Positions 53,046-62,698 of a stretch of 64,000 nucleotides of DNA are shown here, in pieces. A model generated the notes under the pieces. It was not told the DNA's origin. It saw nothing but the letters and a program-made list of their open reading frames with translations, and ran no database searches. This stretch comes from Candidatus Harrisonbacteria bacterium (GTDB taxonomy: Bacteria > Patescibacteriota > Minisyncoccia > UBA6257 > UBA11618). Where the stretch lies: assembly GCA_023244855.1 (NCBI GenBank), contig JAHFLO010000002.1:8017-72016 (forward strand), in the 5' to 3' direction. The position numbers were made by a program, and so were the translations under genes. Each line of letters opens with the position of its first letter. Positions within the stretch are counted from its first letter, which is position 1.

Positions 53046-54266
53046 ATGCGAAAGGATGCCGCGCTCGAAAAATTCATGAAAACCGAGCTCTTGCGCCAAA
53101 AGGCGCAGGTGAATCTTATTCCGTCCGAAAATTACGTTTCGGACGAAATGCTTTCCGTGATTGGTTCGGTTCTTACGAACAAGTATTCGGAGGGCTATAT
53201 CGGCAAGCGTTATTATCCGGGGAATACGGCCTATGACGGCATCGAGAAGTTAGCGCAAGACCGCATCCGCAAACTCTTCAAGCTCGGTAAGGATTGGCAT
53301 ATTAACGTCCAACCGCATTCGGGGTCGAGCGCCAACATGGCGGTGTATCTCGCGCTTATGCAGCCCGCGGAAACATTCGTCGCGATGGGGCTTGCTTCCG
53401 GCGGGCACCTATCGCACGGTCATCGCGTCTCGGCAACTGGCCGCCTGTTTCGTGCGGTGCATTACGGGCTCGATGTGGATGGTGTGCTTGATTATGCGGA
53501 GGCGGCACGGCTCGTTGATATGCATAAGGCGAAGATAGTGGTGTCGGGCGCTACGAGCTATCCGCGTGCAATCGATTTTGCACGTTTCGGTGATATCGCT
53601 AAGCGCACAGGCGCATATCACGTAGCGGATATTTCTCATATCGCGGGGCTCGTCGCCGCCGGCTTGCATCCGTCGCCGTTTCCGCACGCCGACGTTGTAA
53701 CAAGCACGACGCATAAGACGCTTCGCGGGCCGCGCGGCGCCTTCATAGCATGCCGGAGCGACTTTGCTGACCGTATCGACCGCGTTGTCTTTCCAGGGCT
53801 CCAAGGCGGTCCGCATAACCATATAACGGCGGCCATCGCGCGTATGGGGTTCGAGGCGCTAGAGCCTTCTTTTAAGAAATACCAAACGCAGATCATTAAG
53901 AACGCGCAGTCGCTTGCGAAGGCCTTACTTGCCGAAGGTTTTACGCTCGTCTCAGGTGGCACCGACAACCACTTAATGCTTATCGATTGCAAAAATACGG
54001 ATATGACGGGCATGGAGGCGCAGGATGCGCTTGAGGCCGCAGGCATTACCGCTAACCGCAATTCGATCGCGGGGGATCAGTCGCCGTTTTATCCTACGGG
54101 CGTACGGCTCGGCACGCCGGCAGTGACAACGCGCGGCATGAAGGAGCGTGATATGGCGCGTATCGCGGAATGGATTGGGCGCGTTTTAATTAAGAAAGAA
54201 AAGCCCGCGAAGGTCGGCAAGGAGGTTGCGGCGTTCGCGGCTAAGTTCTCTTTGTATGCAGATTGA
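53046..54266 (+). CDS. glyA: Serine hydroxymethyltransferase
   Basis: LIPSENY, NKYSEGY, GGHLSHG, TTHKTLRGPRG, PGLQGGP, RLGTPAVTTRG. Confidence 0.97.
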   Translation: MRKDAALEKFMKTELLRQKAQVNLIPSENYVSDEMLSVIGSVLTNKYSEGYIGKRYYPGNTAYDGIEKLAQDRIRKLFKLGKDWHINVQPHSGSSANMAVYLALMQPAETFVAMGLASGGHLSHGHRVSATGRLFRAVHYGLDVDGVLDYAEAARLVDMHKAKIVVSGATSYPRAIDFARFGDIAKRTGAYHVADISHIAGLVAAGLHPSPFPHADVVTSTTHKTLRGPRGAFIACRSDFADRIDRVVFPGLQGGPHNHITAAIARMGFEALEPSFKKYQTQIIKNAQSLAKALLAEGFTLVSGGTDNHLMLIDCKNTDMTGMEAQDALEAAGITANRNSIAGDQSPFYPTGVRLGTPAVTTRGMKERDMARIAEWIGRVLIKKEKPAKVGKEVAAFAAKFSLYAD

Positions 54267-55029
54267 TGGCAGAGAAATTGCGCGGGAAATCCTCGATGGC
54301 TTGCGCCGCAGGCCGGTGCCGCGCAAACGCATGGTAGCCGTACTCATAGGGGGCGACGAAGCGTCGGCATCGTTTTTGGCGCGCAAGGCGGCGGTCGCGC
54401 AGTCGCTCGGTATTGCGTTCGAGCTCGTTTCGTTTTCGGGGCGTGAGTCGCAGGGGGATATAGAGCAATCCATTAGATCTTTTGCCGCGGATTCTTCGGT
54501 GGGCGGTATCGTCCTTCAACTTCCGGTACCGAAAACGTACGATAGGGATGCTCTAATAAGCAGTATCCGCGAAGCGTTGGATGTTGATAATCTTTCGGGT
54601 CGTGTAGTCGTTGTGCCGCCTGCGCTCGGTGCTGTGGTAGCCGTGCTCGCGTCGTGCGGTAAGCAATTTTCTGATTATACGGCGGTCCGTATCGTGGGTA
54701 ATGGATATCTTGTGGGTGCGCCCATAGCGCGTTTTTGCGCGTTAGCCGGTATTCCGCACGAGGTAGCAAACAGTAAAACAGCAGATCTTCACGGTTTCGT
54801 CCGTAGTGGCGACCTCGTGATAACGGGCGTAGGAAAGGCGGGTGTCGTGGACCCAGCGTGGCTCGCGGATGGCGCGGGCGTGATAGACTTCGGCTTTCCG
54901 CCGGACTTCAATCAGGAAAAGTTGGCGGCATCCCACGACCGCCTTGCATTTTATACGCCTACACCATTCGGCACCGGCCCGATTCTTATCGCGAAGCTTT
55001 TCGAAAATTTCTATTCCCTAAATTCCTGA
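54256..55029 (+). CDS. folD: Methylenetetrahydrofolate dehydrogenase/cyclohydrolase (divergent)
   Basis: IDGREIA, GIVLQLPVP, LVGAP, VIDFG, TP.P.GTGP; coupled to glyA. Confidence 0.85.
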   Translation: MQIDGREIAREILDGLRRRPVPRKRMVAVLIGGDEASASFLARKAAVAQSLGIAFELVSFSGRESQGDIEQSIRSFAADSSVGGIVLQLPVPKTYDRDALISSIREALDVDNLSGRVVVVPPALGAVVAVLASCGKQFSDYTAVRIVGNGYLVGAPIARFCALAGIPHEVANSKTADLHGFVRSGDLVITGVGKAGVVDPAWLADGAGVIDFGFPPDFNQEKLAASHDRLAFYTPTPFGTGPILIAKLFENFYSLNS

Positions 55030-55034
55030 TAGGG

Positions 55035-55087
55035 GGACGGGAGTCCATAGACCGTTAGTGGACGGGAGTCCACCGAACGTTAGTGGA
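55035..55087. repeat. Tandem 25-bp direct repeat (2 copies plus partial)
   Basis: GGACGGGAGTCCATAGACCGTTAGT / GGACGGGAGTCCACCGAACGTTAGT / GGA. Confidence 0.75.
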
Positions 55088-55129
55088 TAACTACTATTGA
55101 CCCGTGCATACGTGTGGTATGATACCTGC

Positions 55130-55408
55130 ATGGTAAAAGAAAAGTTTTACTACATAGTCGGCGTATCGCTTCTCGTTCTCCTCGTCCTCGTCGTATACGT
55201 GGGCAGCAGGGCGCAGAACTTGGAGCTCGGCCTCGCTAACGTCGATGCGCGCCTTTCCGTTATTGAGTCGCAACTCAATATCACGGACAGCTCCGCATAC
55301 TACTACGACGACGGCAGCGACGCGTACACTTCATCGGTATACGACACGCTCGGCGGTTCGTACTACGACGAAAGCCAGTACGTCCCGTACGACTACGTAG
55401 TACAGTAA
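55130..55408 (+). CDS. Small single-TM protein with short coiled coil and Tyr/Asp-rich tail
   Basis: ATG 6 nt after TATGAT; TM, then LANVDARLSVIESQL and YYYDDGSD..YYDE. Confidence 0.7.
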   Translation: MVKEKFYYIVGVSLLVLLVLVVYVGSRAQNLELGLANVDARLSVIESQLNITDSSAYYYDDGSDAYTSSVYDTLGGSYYDESQYVPYDYVVQ

Positions 55409-55433
55409 TCTCCACGGGGGATTATCTTGAGAA

Positions 55434-55468
55434 AAATAAAAACCGCCTGTGAGGGGCGGTTTTTATTT
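55434..55468. terminator. Bidirectional terminator after recA
   Basis: AAATAAAAACCGCC..GGCGGTTTTTATTT. Confidence 0.8.
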
Positions 55469-55485
55469 ACGTTAGAGGATTGCTA

Positions 55486-56499
55486 CTATTCCGCAGCGAT
55501 AATCTTTTTTTCTATTTCTTTCGTTATCTTTTTGTCGTTTTTCATTGCGAGGCGGGCGTTTTCGAAGCCGACGCCGAGTTTAGTCCCATCGAAGGAGTAC
55601 GTCGATCCTGATTTGGTGATGATACCCTTCGTGATAGCGACGTTTAGTACGTCGCCCTCGTACGAAATGCCGTCGCCGTACATAATATCGAATTCCGCGA
55701 CTTGGAAGGGTGCGGCTACCTTATTTTTTACTACTTTAACTTTCACGCGACTACCAACCACTTCTTCGCCCTTCTTTACCTGCGCGATACGCCGTACGTC
55801 GAGCCGTACGGATGAGGCAAATTTGAGGGCGCGCCCCCCCGGCGTGGTTTCGGGGTTACCGAACATCATGCCGATCTGCATGCGTATCTGGTTTATAAAT
55901 ATGATGAGTGTGTCGCTTTTCGAGGCAATCGCCGTAAGCTTCCTAAGCGCCTGCGCCATCATGCGTGCCTGCAAGCCCATGAACTGCTGGCCCATTTGCC
56001 CGTCTATTTCCGCTTTGGGTGTAAGGGCGGCGACGGAATCTACCACGACGACGTCGATAATGTTTGATCGCACCAAAGCCTCCAGGATATTAAGCGCTTC
56101 TTCGCCGTTATCCGGCTGGGAGATTATAAGGTCTTTGATCTTTACGCCGTTTTTCACCGCGTATTCGGGGTCGAGCGCGTGCTCGGCGTCGATGAAGGCA
56201 CATTTACCGCCGCCGGCTTGCGCTTGCGCAATAACATTCAAGGCGAGGGTAGTCTTACCGCTCGATTCGGGGCCGAACACTTCGACGATGCGGCCCTTGG
56301 GCAGGCCGTCAACGCCCAAAGCGCGGTCGAGGGAAAACGATCCGGTGCGTACCACCTTCACGTTCATCTTCTTCGTGTCGCCGAGGGTCATGACGGACCC
56401 TTCGCCGAACTTATCCTGCAAAGACGTGAGTAAATCTTGTAGTCCGCTCTTTTCGTTTTTAGTTTCCGTCTCCGGTTGTTGTGCTGGCGTTTTTGGCAT
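55486..56499 (-). CDS. recA: Recombinase RecA
   Basis: [48 protein letters not shown]. Confidence 0.98.
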   Translation of the reverse strand: MPKTPAQQPETETKNEKSGLQDLLTSLQDKFGEGSVMTLGDTKKMNVKVVRTGSFSLDRALGVDGLPKGRIVEVFGPESSGKTTLALNVIAQAQAGGGKCAFIDAEHALDPEYAVKNGVKIKDLIISQPDNGEEALNILEALVRSNIIDVVVVDSVAALTPKAEIDGQMGQQFMGLQARMMAQALRKLTAIASKSDTLIIFINQIRMQIGMMFGNPETTPGGRALKFASSVRLDVRRIAQVKKGEEVVGSRVKVKVVKNKVAAPFQVAEFDIMYGDGISYEGDVLNVAITKGIITKSGSTYSFDGTKLGVGFENARLAMKNDKKITKEIEKKIIAAE

Positions 56500-57145
56500 C
56501 AATTTTTTCGTTAGTTGGTATGACATATACGATATTTCGCACTATGCGTGCTTCCTTCCCGAGGAACTTGCGTACGATAAACTCGACGCTGTTTATCCCT
56601 TCTTGCAGCCGAATTTCTTTTTGGAAAAGACCGTCCTTGCCTACGTAGGCTTCGCTGCCGTTCACCGTTACGACGTATGCCGGATCGGTTCTTCCTTGCA
56701 GGAGAATCGTTTCCTGTGCGACGGTACTGCCTTCGCTCGCGGGCACCGTGATGACGAGTTCCGGCGGGGAAACGATTCCATATACGGCATATCCACCAAA
56801 CATGAGGCAAGCAACGAGCACGAAGCTCGCAACAGCCCATCCGCGGCTTATGCCGCGTACGGCAAACCGGTTGTTAGGTAGGCGGTCTTCGCGCCCCGAT
56901 TTGGTAAGGGATGACTCCTTTTGGTAGAGGCGCCACATCGTTTCCTTGTCGAAATTAAGGATTCCTGAAAGTTTCGCTATGTAGCCATGCACGTAGGGCG
57001 ATGGCGGGAGCTTCGACGTGTCACCTTGCAGGAGCATTTCAATATAGCGGTCGGGGATACCCGTCATTTCCGCTATTTTTTTAGGGGATAGTCCCTTCAG
57101 TTCGATGTGCTCGCGCAACAGCTCCTTAAGCGATGTCGTTTCCAT
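56459..57145 (-). CDS. RodZ-like HTH membrane protein with C-terminal Ig-like domain
   Basis: [17 protein letters not shown], single TM, beta-rich tail; ftsK-rodZ-recA synteny. Confidence 0.8.
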   Translation of the reverse strand: METTSLKELLREHIELKGLSPKKIAEMTGIPDRYIEMLLQGDTSKLPPSPYVHGYIAKLSGILNFDKETMWRLYQKESSLTKSGREDRLPNNRFAVRGISRGWAVASFVLVACLMFGGYAVYGIVSPPELVITVPASEGSTVAQETILLQGRTDPAYVVTVNGSEAYVGKDGLFQKEIRLQEGINSVEFIVRKFLGKEARIVRNIVYVIPTNEKIDAKNASTTTGDGN

Positions 57146-57207
57146 TGGCTTTCAGTATATGGCTCACGGGGTGAAAGTCAAAGGAAAACTCCGCCGTCCG
57201 AATTCCG

Positions 57208-59385
57208 CTATTGGAAGTCTGCTGCGGATATTTCGTCAACGCTTTTTTCGAGGAATACTTCGCGGGGCTTCGCGCCCTCGCCGGGGCCGATGATGCCTTT
57301 GCTTTCCATGAGGTCTAGTAGGCGCGCCGCGCGGGCATAGCCTACTTTCAAGCGGCGTTGTAAAAGAGATGCGGATGCCTTCTGCGCCTGTTTCACCGTC
57401 TCTACCGCTTCGTCGTAGAGGTCGTCGTCTTCATCGCTGTCTAAATCTTCAAAGGATAAGTCTGGCATGCCCGCGGGCTTAGCAACTAAGTCTGCGGTAG
57501 TCGGTACGGGGTTGCCGTTCAAGTCGAGTACTACGGGCGCCTCTGCCGTCTTCGGTTGGTTATGTTCTTTAATGAAATCAACTACCGAGTGTATTTCCGC
57601 TTCCGTTACGAACGCGCCCTGCAAACGCTTGGGCTTGGAAAATTCGGAGGAGACTATAAGCATGTCGCCACCACCCAAGAGCTTTTCGGCACCGGCGCTG
57701 TCTAAGATAGTGCGCGAATCTATCTGGCTTGCTACCTGCAAAGCGATGCGGCAGGGGATGTTGGCCTTAATAAGGCCTGTGATGACTTCTACCGAAGGTC
57801 GTTGGGTGGCGAGCATCAAGTGGATGCCCGTTGCACGGGCCATCTGCGCCAAGCGTACGATTGCGGTTTCGATGTCTTTGCCGTAGGCGACCATCAAGTC
57901 CGCAAGCTCGTCGACGACGATAACGAGGAAGGGCATCTGCGTATCTTTATTCTTCGCGTTATAGCCCGTTATATCGCGGCAGCCGGCCTTAAGGAGCGTT
58001 TCGTAGCGGCGCTCCATTTCTTGTATTGCCCAGCGGAAGACGCCGGCGGCTTTTTTGCCTTCGGTTACAACGGGCGAAGCCAAGTGGGGGATGCCGTTAT
58101 AGATGGAGAGTTCCACCTTCTTCGGGTCGATCATGATGAACTGGAGCGTCTGTGGCGAGTTCTTGAAGAGTAGGGACGTGATGAACGTGTGGATGGTAAC
58201 GGATTTACCAGAGCCGGTTGCGCCCGCGACGAGCATGTGCGGCATCTTCGCAATGTTTACAGCAATAGGCTCGCCCGTAACGTCGCGGCCGAGGATTACG
58301 CTAAGCGGATGCGACTGCGAGAATTCGGGGTAAGCAAGTAAGCTGCCGAGGCGCACCATGGCAGCCGTTTTGTTAGGCACCTCAATACCCACGAGTGATT
58401 TACCCGGTATTGGCGCCTCGATACGTATGGGGTGCGCGGCTAAGGCGAGCGCCAAGTCCTGCCCGAGGGCGGTGAGCTTGGCTAAACGCACGCCTTCGGC
58501 AGGCTTTAAGGTGTAGCGGGTAAATTTAGGGCCGATGTTTATTTCGCCCATTTCGACGGAGATGCCGAAGCTGTCCATCGTGCGCTTGATGATATTCGCG
58601 TTCGCGCGTAGGTCACCGGCGGTGGGCCGCTCAATGCTCGATATTAAGAGTGATAAGGGCGGGGGGACGTAGTCTTTGAAGACGACCGGCTTTTTGTTCA
58701 TCACCGGCAGCTCCGCTTCTTTGCCGATAACGATATCCGCTCCTTTATCCTTTTTCTTCTCTTCCGCGGCCGCGAGCTTAGCTGCTTCTTCGGCGGCGCC
58801 AACCGCGGCGTTTACGTCCGTGCCGTTTTCGGCAACCGGCTTTTTTTCCTCTTCTTTCTTTTCCTTGCGCTTGATATGGAGTGGTAGGTCGAGCGCAATA
58901 ATAAACGAGGCGAGCATGACAACACCCATTATCACGAGCGAGGCTTGGTAGCCAAAGGGGCGTTGCACGAGGCCAATGCCCGTACCCACGAACCCCGCGT
59001 TATGGGGGAAGATTATGTCTATCGCGCCCAAAGCGCCGAGCACGAAGCCAATGCCGCCGAAGATGGGCGGGGCGAGCCACTCGAGTTCGCGGTGGGTAAG
59101 GAAGACGATGGCGAGTAGTAATGTCATCGCCGGCAACAAGTAGTAGCCCCAACCGAACGCTTTAACGAGCCCAATGTAAGCGTAGCCGCCGGCAGGCCCT
59201 GCCTTATCGAATAACGCGAGTACTAAAATAGCGCTCACGCCCAAAAGGGCGATAGCGATAACGCTCTTCTTTATCTCGCGGCTTAGCTGATCAAGAAAAG
59301 TCTTCTTTTCTTTAACCTGCTTTTTCTTCCCGCGCCGCGGGCGTTCATCCTCCTCCTCGTCTTCGTCGGTGGTCTTTCGTGCCAT
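57208..59385 (-). CDS. ftsK: DNA translocase FtsK/SpoIIIE
   Basis: TM N-terminus, PHMLVAGATGSGKS, IDPK, VVDELADLM, ATQRPS, gamma domain LQRRLKVGYARAA. Confidence 0.97.
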   Translation of the reverse strand: MARKTTDEDEEEDERPRRGKKKQVKEKKTFLDQLSREIKKSVIAIALLGVSAILVLALFDKAGPAGGYAYIGLVKAFGWGYYLLPAMTLLLAIVFLTHRELEWLAPPIFGGIGFVLGALGAIDIIFPHNAGFVGTGIGLVQRPFGYQASLVIMGVVMLASFIIALDLPLHIKRKEKKEEEKKPVAENGTDVNAAVGAAEEAAKLAAAEEKKKDKGADIVIGKEAELPVMNKKPVVFKDYVPPPLSLLISSIERPTAGDLRANANIIKRTMDSFGISVEMGEINIGPKFTRYTLKPAEGVRLAKLTALGQDLALALAAHPIRIEAPIPGKSLVGIEVPNKTAAMVRLGSLLAYPEFSQSHPLSVILGRDVTGEPIAVNIAKMPHMLVAGATGSGKSVTIHTFITSLLFKNSPQTLQFIMIDPKKVELSIYNGIPHLASPVVTEGKKAAGVFRWAIQEMERRYETLLKAGCRDITGYNAKNKDTQMPFLVIVVDELADLMVAYGKDIETAIVRLAQMARATGIHLMLATQRPSVEVITGLIKANIPCRIALQVASQIDSRTILDSAGAEKLLGGGDMLIVSSEFSKPKRLQGAFVTEAEIHSVVDFIKEHNQPKTAEAPVVLDLNGNPVPTTADLVAKPAGMPDLSFEDLDSDEDDDLYDEAVETVKQAQKASASLLQRRLKVGYARAARLLDLMESKGIIGPGEGAKPREVFLEKSVDEISAADFQ

Positions 59386-59405
59386 GCGCTTATGATAACA
59401 AAAAT

Positions 59406-59972
59406 TTAAAACAATGTAGCGGGAAGCTCCAACTCTTTAAAATTAAGAGGCACTTTTACGAGTTCGTTTGTGTAGCGCTTAGGGATGTTGATAAACTTTT
59501 GCTTTTGGATGAGGTCATAGAGCTGTTTCGTAATACGCACGTCGTGCGTGCAGTATTCGATGAGCTTGTCCCATTCGCCGCGCTTGTAGAATTCAATGGC
59601 TTCGAGGCCGTGGCTCGTTTTTTGGGTGCCTAAATTAGTCTTCGCGAGCATGTCGAGCGATATGCGCGAGCCGTACGCAAGTTCTATTTCGTCCAAGATA
59701 TCCAAGCGGGGGAGCGCCATCACGTTGAACGGCATATATTTTTTCATAACCGGTAGGTCGAAGCGCGAAATAGCGAAGCCAATCACGAGGCCGGCGTTTT
59801 GGAATACGGGCGCGAGCTTATCCCACTCGCCCTCGCGATAGCTCGCGTACGTGTCGTGGTTGTAGGAATAGACGCAGACGACCGAGACTTCGAGTTTTTC
59901 TAAGTTGTCCCTGCCGCCCACATCCTCGAAGGAATTTTTCGTCTCGACGTCGAATACAATCTTGTCTTTCAT
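59406..59972 (-). CDS. RNase H-like (DEDD/YprB-type) exonuclease domain protein
   Basis: IVFDVET, IGF..RFDLP, YCTHDV; ATG 59972 lies 6 nt after TATAAT. Confidence 0.82.
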   Translation of the reverse strand: MKDKIVFDVETKNSFEDVGGRDNLEKLEVSVVCVYSYNHDTYASYREGEWDKLAPVFQNAGLVIGFAISRFDLPVMKKYMPFNVMALPRLDILDEIELAYGSRISLDMLAKTNLGTQKTSHGLEAIEFYKRGEWDKLIEYCTHDVRITKQLYDLIQKQKFINIPKRYTNELVKVPLNFKELELPATLF

Positions 59973-60066
59973 GGGTGAATTATAAAAATATCCCATCGCG
60001 GCAAAAAAAAGAAGCCGCATCGCGTCCCGTGGGGGATTTGATGCGGCTGTGGCTGAAAATAAGCGG

Positions 60067-60534
60067 CTACAAAACGAGGGCTGGTTGCTTTTCTGCGTCG
60101 GCGGTTGTCGGCGGCTCTTCATGTTGCCCGACAATGCCGAGCTTTTTGAAGATCTCCGGCTGATCTTTTTCGAGAAGCATGCCGATGAGCAGATGTTCGG
60201 TGCTGACATATTTGGCGTTTGCGGCTTTGGCTTGGCGGATTGCGCGTGCGAGGACTACGATGCATTTCGTGTTCAGGGGTGCTGCGTTTTCTTCCAAGGC
60301 TTCGGGGTTGCGCGGTTTGATATGGAGATATTCCGCGAGCATTTCAATCATTGACGAGAATTGGAGCGTCATCCTTTGGAGTATTGAGGCGGCTGTGTTG
60401 TTTTTGTGCGTGACGATCGCATAGAGAAGATGCTCGGGTTTTGTTTCAGTTTCTCCGGCATCGAACGCCGCTTTTCTTGCGCTCAAGATAACCTGCTCGA
60501 CGGGCTTGCTTAAGTCGTGACGGATTTTATTCAC
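60067..60534 (-). CDS. Stand-alone Clp N-terminal (repeat) domain protein
   Basis: Two repeats PEHLLYAI and STEHLLIGML; GTG 60534 preceded by AAGGGA. Confidence 0.72.
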   Translation of the reverse strand: MNKIRHDLSKPVEQVILSARKAAFDAGETETKPEHLLYAIVTHKNNTAASILQRMTLQFSSMIEMLAEYLHIKPRNPEALEENAAPLNTKCIVVLARAIRQAKAANAKYVSTEHLLIGMLLEKDQPEIFKKLGIVGQHEEPPTTADAEKQPALVL

Positions 60535-60680
60535 TAGCGATCCCTTTCGTAAAAGACGTGAAGTTGGAAATGAGCTGTCAGGTAACAGCACATAACTAGA
60601 GTACCATTTTACTTGCAAAGGGGCAAGCGTGGTGGTAGTATTGCGCTAGCCTTTTTCATGCGGAGAAATCGCGGCGCGCC

Positions 60681-61304
60681 ATGGCGGCGCTCCGGACGTA
60701 TCCGCCTAATCGAAGGGATCGAAGCATGACACCTGCTGGTTTAGGAACATCGCTCGCGCATAGCGCGGGCACAGCTTCAATGATTGCGTCGGGTGACGGA
60801 GGAGATGACGAATCGGAATTGCCGCGTATTCTGAGGAAGGATTGCCCGCTCGTCGCGATCCCGCCGCTCAAGGAAGGTTTTCTTGTTAGCGATTTCTTTT
60901 CCGCGAATGCCGCTCATGGCTTATTCGCTGAAGTCTGCCTTGATTTTTTGGAGATTTTCGGAAGATACGCGGTGGGGCCTTCGAGGGTCCGGCGCGTCGC
61001 ACGGCATGCGCTCTTGCGCTCCTCGCAGACCGTTGCCATCGAGCGGCTATTTCCTTCGCCGCCCGACATCGGCCTCCATGCGCTCTCGGAGCTCATTTTG
61101 CACAGTACCCTTCCTACGTCTTCATTTCGCGGCTTGGATGACACGCCGCTTGCTGATGAAGAGGCGGGGCCGCGGCAGAACTTGGTCCAAGTTGACGGAT
61201 GGTGGATCAGCCTCTTTCGCGTCGACAAGAAAAAATGGCATCTGCAGATGCCTGACCCAGGCGACTTTTTCGCCAAATACACCAAGGTGTTCGTTCCCGA
61301 GTGA
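60681..61304 (+). CDS. Orphan hypothetical protein
   Basis: 207-aa ORF; start uncertain; hairpins downstream. Confidence 0.45.
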   Translation: MAALRTYPPNRRDRSMTPAGLGTSLAHSAGTASMIASGDGGDDESELPRILRKDCPLVAIPPLKEGFLVSDFFSANAAHGLFAEVCLDFLEIFGRYAVGPSRVRRVARHALLRSSQTVAIERLFPSPPDIGLHALSELILHSTLPTSSFRGLDDTPLADEEAGPRQNLVQVDGWWISLFRVDKKKWHLQMPDPGDFFAKYTKVFVPE

Positions 61305-61401
61305 TCGTTTCTAGTCAGCTGTGCGCCGCATAGGAAGCGGACGCACGCAGGGCCCTCCGCCGAACTGGACGTTCGGCGGAGAGGCTTTCTTTTTTATACA
61401 T

Positions 61402-62574
61402 ATGGCAACTAAAAGGATATATATGGATTATGCGGCAACGACCCCAATGGATAGTGGGGTGGAAAAAGCCATGCACCCGTTTTATAGCGGCATTTTTGGT
61501 AACCCGAGCTCGTCGCACCTGCACGGGCAACAGGCTTCGCGCGCCGTTTTCCTTGCGCGGCAGGCAGTAGCGAAGGCGCTTAACGCGGATTATACGGAGA
61601 TTGTTTTTACCGGTTCAGCTACCGAGGCGAATAACTTAGCCGTGCGCGGCGCGGTTGAGTATGCGGCAGCGCAGGGAATTATGAAGCCGCGTGTCGTCAT
61701 TTCTGCCATTGAGCACGAGTCCGTATACGAAGCGTGTATGGCGCTTAAGCGTTTGCACGGTGCGGAAATTATCGAAATTCCCGTAAACGGCGAGGGGATT
61801 ATCGATCTCACGAAGTTAGAGGTGGAGCTTAACGAAAATACCATCCTTGTTTCCATTCAGATGGCGAATAGCGAGCTCGGCGTTATCCAGCCTATAAAGG
61901 AAATCGCTGAAAGTATTAAAAAGTATAAGGCAGGGGCGGGGAGTGCGGTCTATCCCCTGTTCCATACGGATGCCGTGCAGGCATTCCAGTATATGGCGTG
62001 CAACGTAGCGGACTTGGGCGTGGATATGATGACGTTATCTGCCCACAAAATATATGGCCCAAAGGGAGTTGGCTTATTATATGTAAAGAAAGGTATTAGC
62101 ATCGAGCCTCAAATTGCAGGGGGTGGCCAAGAAAACGGCATGCGGAGCGGCACGGAAAACGTGGCGGCAATCGTCGGCTTCGCGAAAGCTGTGGAGATTG
62201 CGGAGAAAGTGCGCGTAAAAGAATTCAAGCGCGTCGCTGTATTACGTGACGCCTTATGGAAGGGAATTAAGAAAATAGTACCAGATGCGGAACTGAATGG
62301 ATCCGTAGTGGATCGCATTCCTAATAACCTAAACGTTTATCTACCGTCTCGCCCCGCGCAGGACGTATGCATAGAGTTAGACTTAATGGGTGTAGCTGTT
62401 TCGCCAGGGACTGCATGCGCTTCGCGCGCGGCAGAGCCGTCGCGAGTACTCAAAGCACTTGGATTTTCGGGCGACCGGCCAATGTCCTCCATTCGCTTTT
62501 CCCTTGGAAGGTATACTACGGCAGTAGAAATCCGTTCGGTTCTATCAATCCTCAAAAAACGCTTCGGAAAATAG
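61402..62574 (+). CDS. Cysteine desulfurase (IscS/NifS type)
   Basis: YMDYAATTP, GNPSSSH, FTGSATEANN, HTDAVQ, LSAHKIYGPKG, RSGTEN, SPGTACAS. Confidence 0.95.
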   Translation: MATKRIYMDYAATTPMDSGVEKAMHPFYSGIFGNPSSSHLHGQQASRAVFLARQAVAKALNADYTEIVFTGSATEANNLAVRGAVEYAAAQGIMKPRVVISAIEHESVYEACMALKRLHGAEIIEIPVNGEGIIDLTKLEVELNENTILVSIQMANSELGVIQPIKEIAESIKKYKAGAGSAVYPLFHTDAVQAFQYMACNVADLGVDMMTLSAHKIYGPKGVGLLYVKKGISIEPQIAGGGQENGMRSGTENVAAIVGFAKAVEIAEKVRVKEFKRVAVLRDALWKGIKKIVPDAELNGSVVDRIPNNLNVYLPSRPAQDVCIELDLMGVAVSPGTACASRAAEPSRVLKALGFSGDRPMSSIRFSLGRYTTAVEIRSVLSILKKRFGK

Positions 62575-62698
62575 CCTGTTGTTTAAATATTTATAATTCT
62601 GCACGGTCGTGTGAGATTGTAAATATTGAGCCGCTCCTTGGATTGGATGCGTGAAATAAATGTTGTCGTAGAGCGTTATATATGGTATAATGCCACCA

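Noticed and set aside
55035-55087. Possible mini CRISPR array
   Set aside because: Variable part is only a few bases, two units, no cas genes
55427-56881. 484-aa + strand ORF
   Set aside because: Antisense to recA and the rodZ-like gene; typical shadow ORF with no motifs
59973-60209. N-terminal extension of the RNase H-like ORF
   Set aside because: Overlaps the Clp N-domain gene and a hairpin; ATG 59972 has a well-placed -10 box
61315-61390. SRP-like hairpin containing AGGAAGC upstream of the cysteine desulfurase
   Set aside because: Lacks the TCAGG..GGAAGCAGC symmetric loop; more simply a 3' hairpin plus terminator of the orphan ORF
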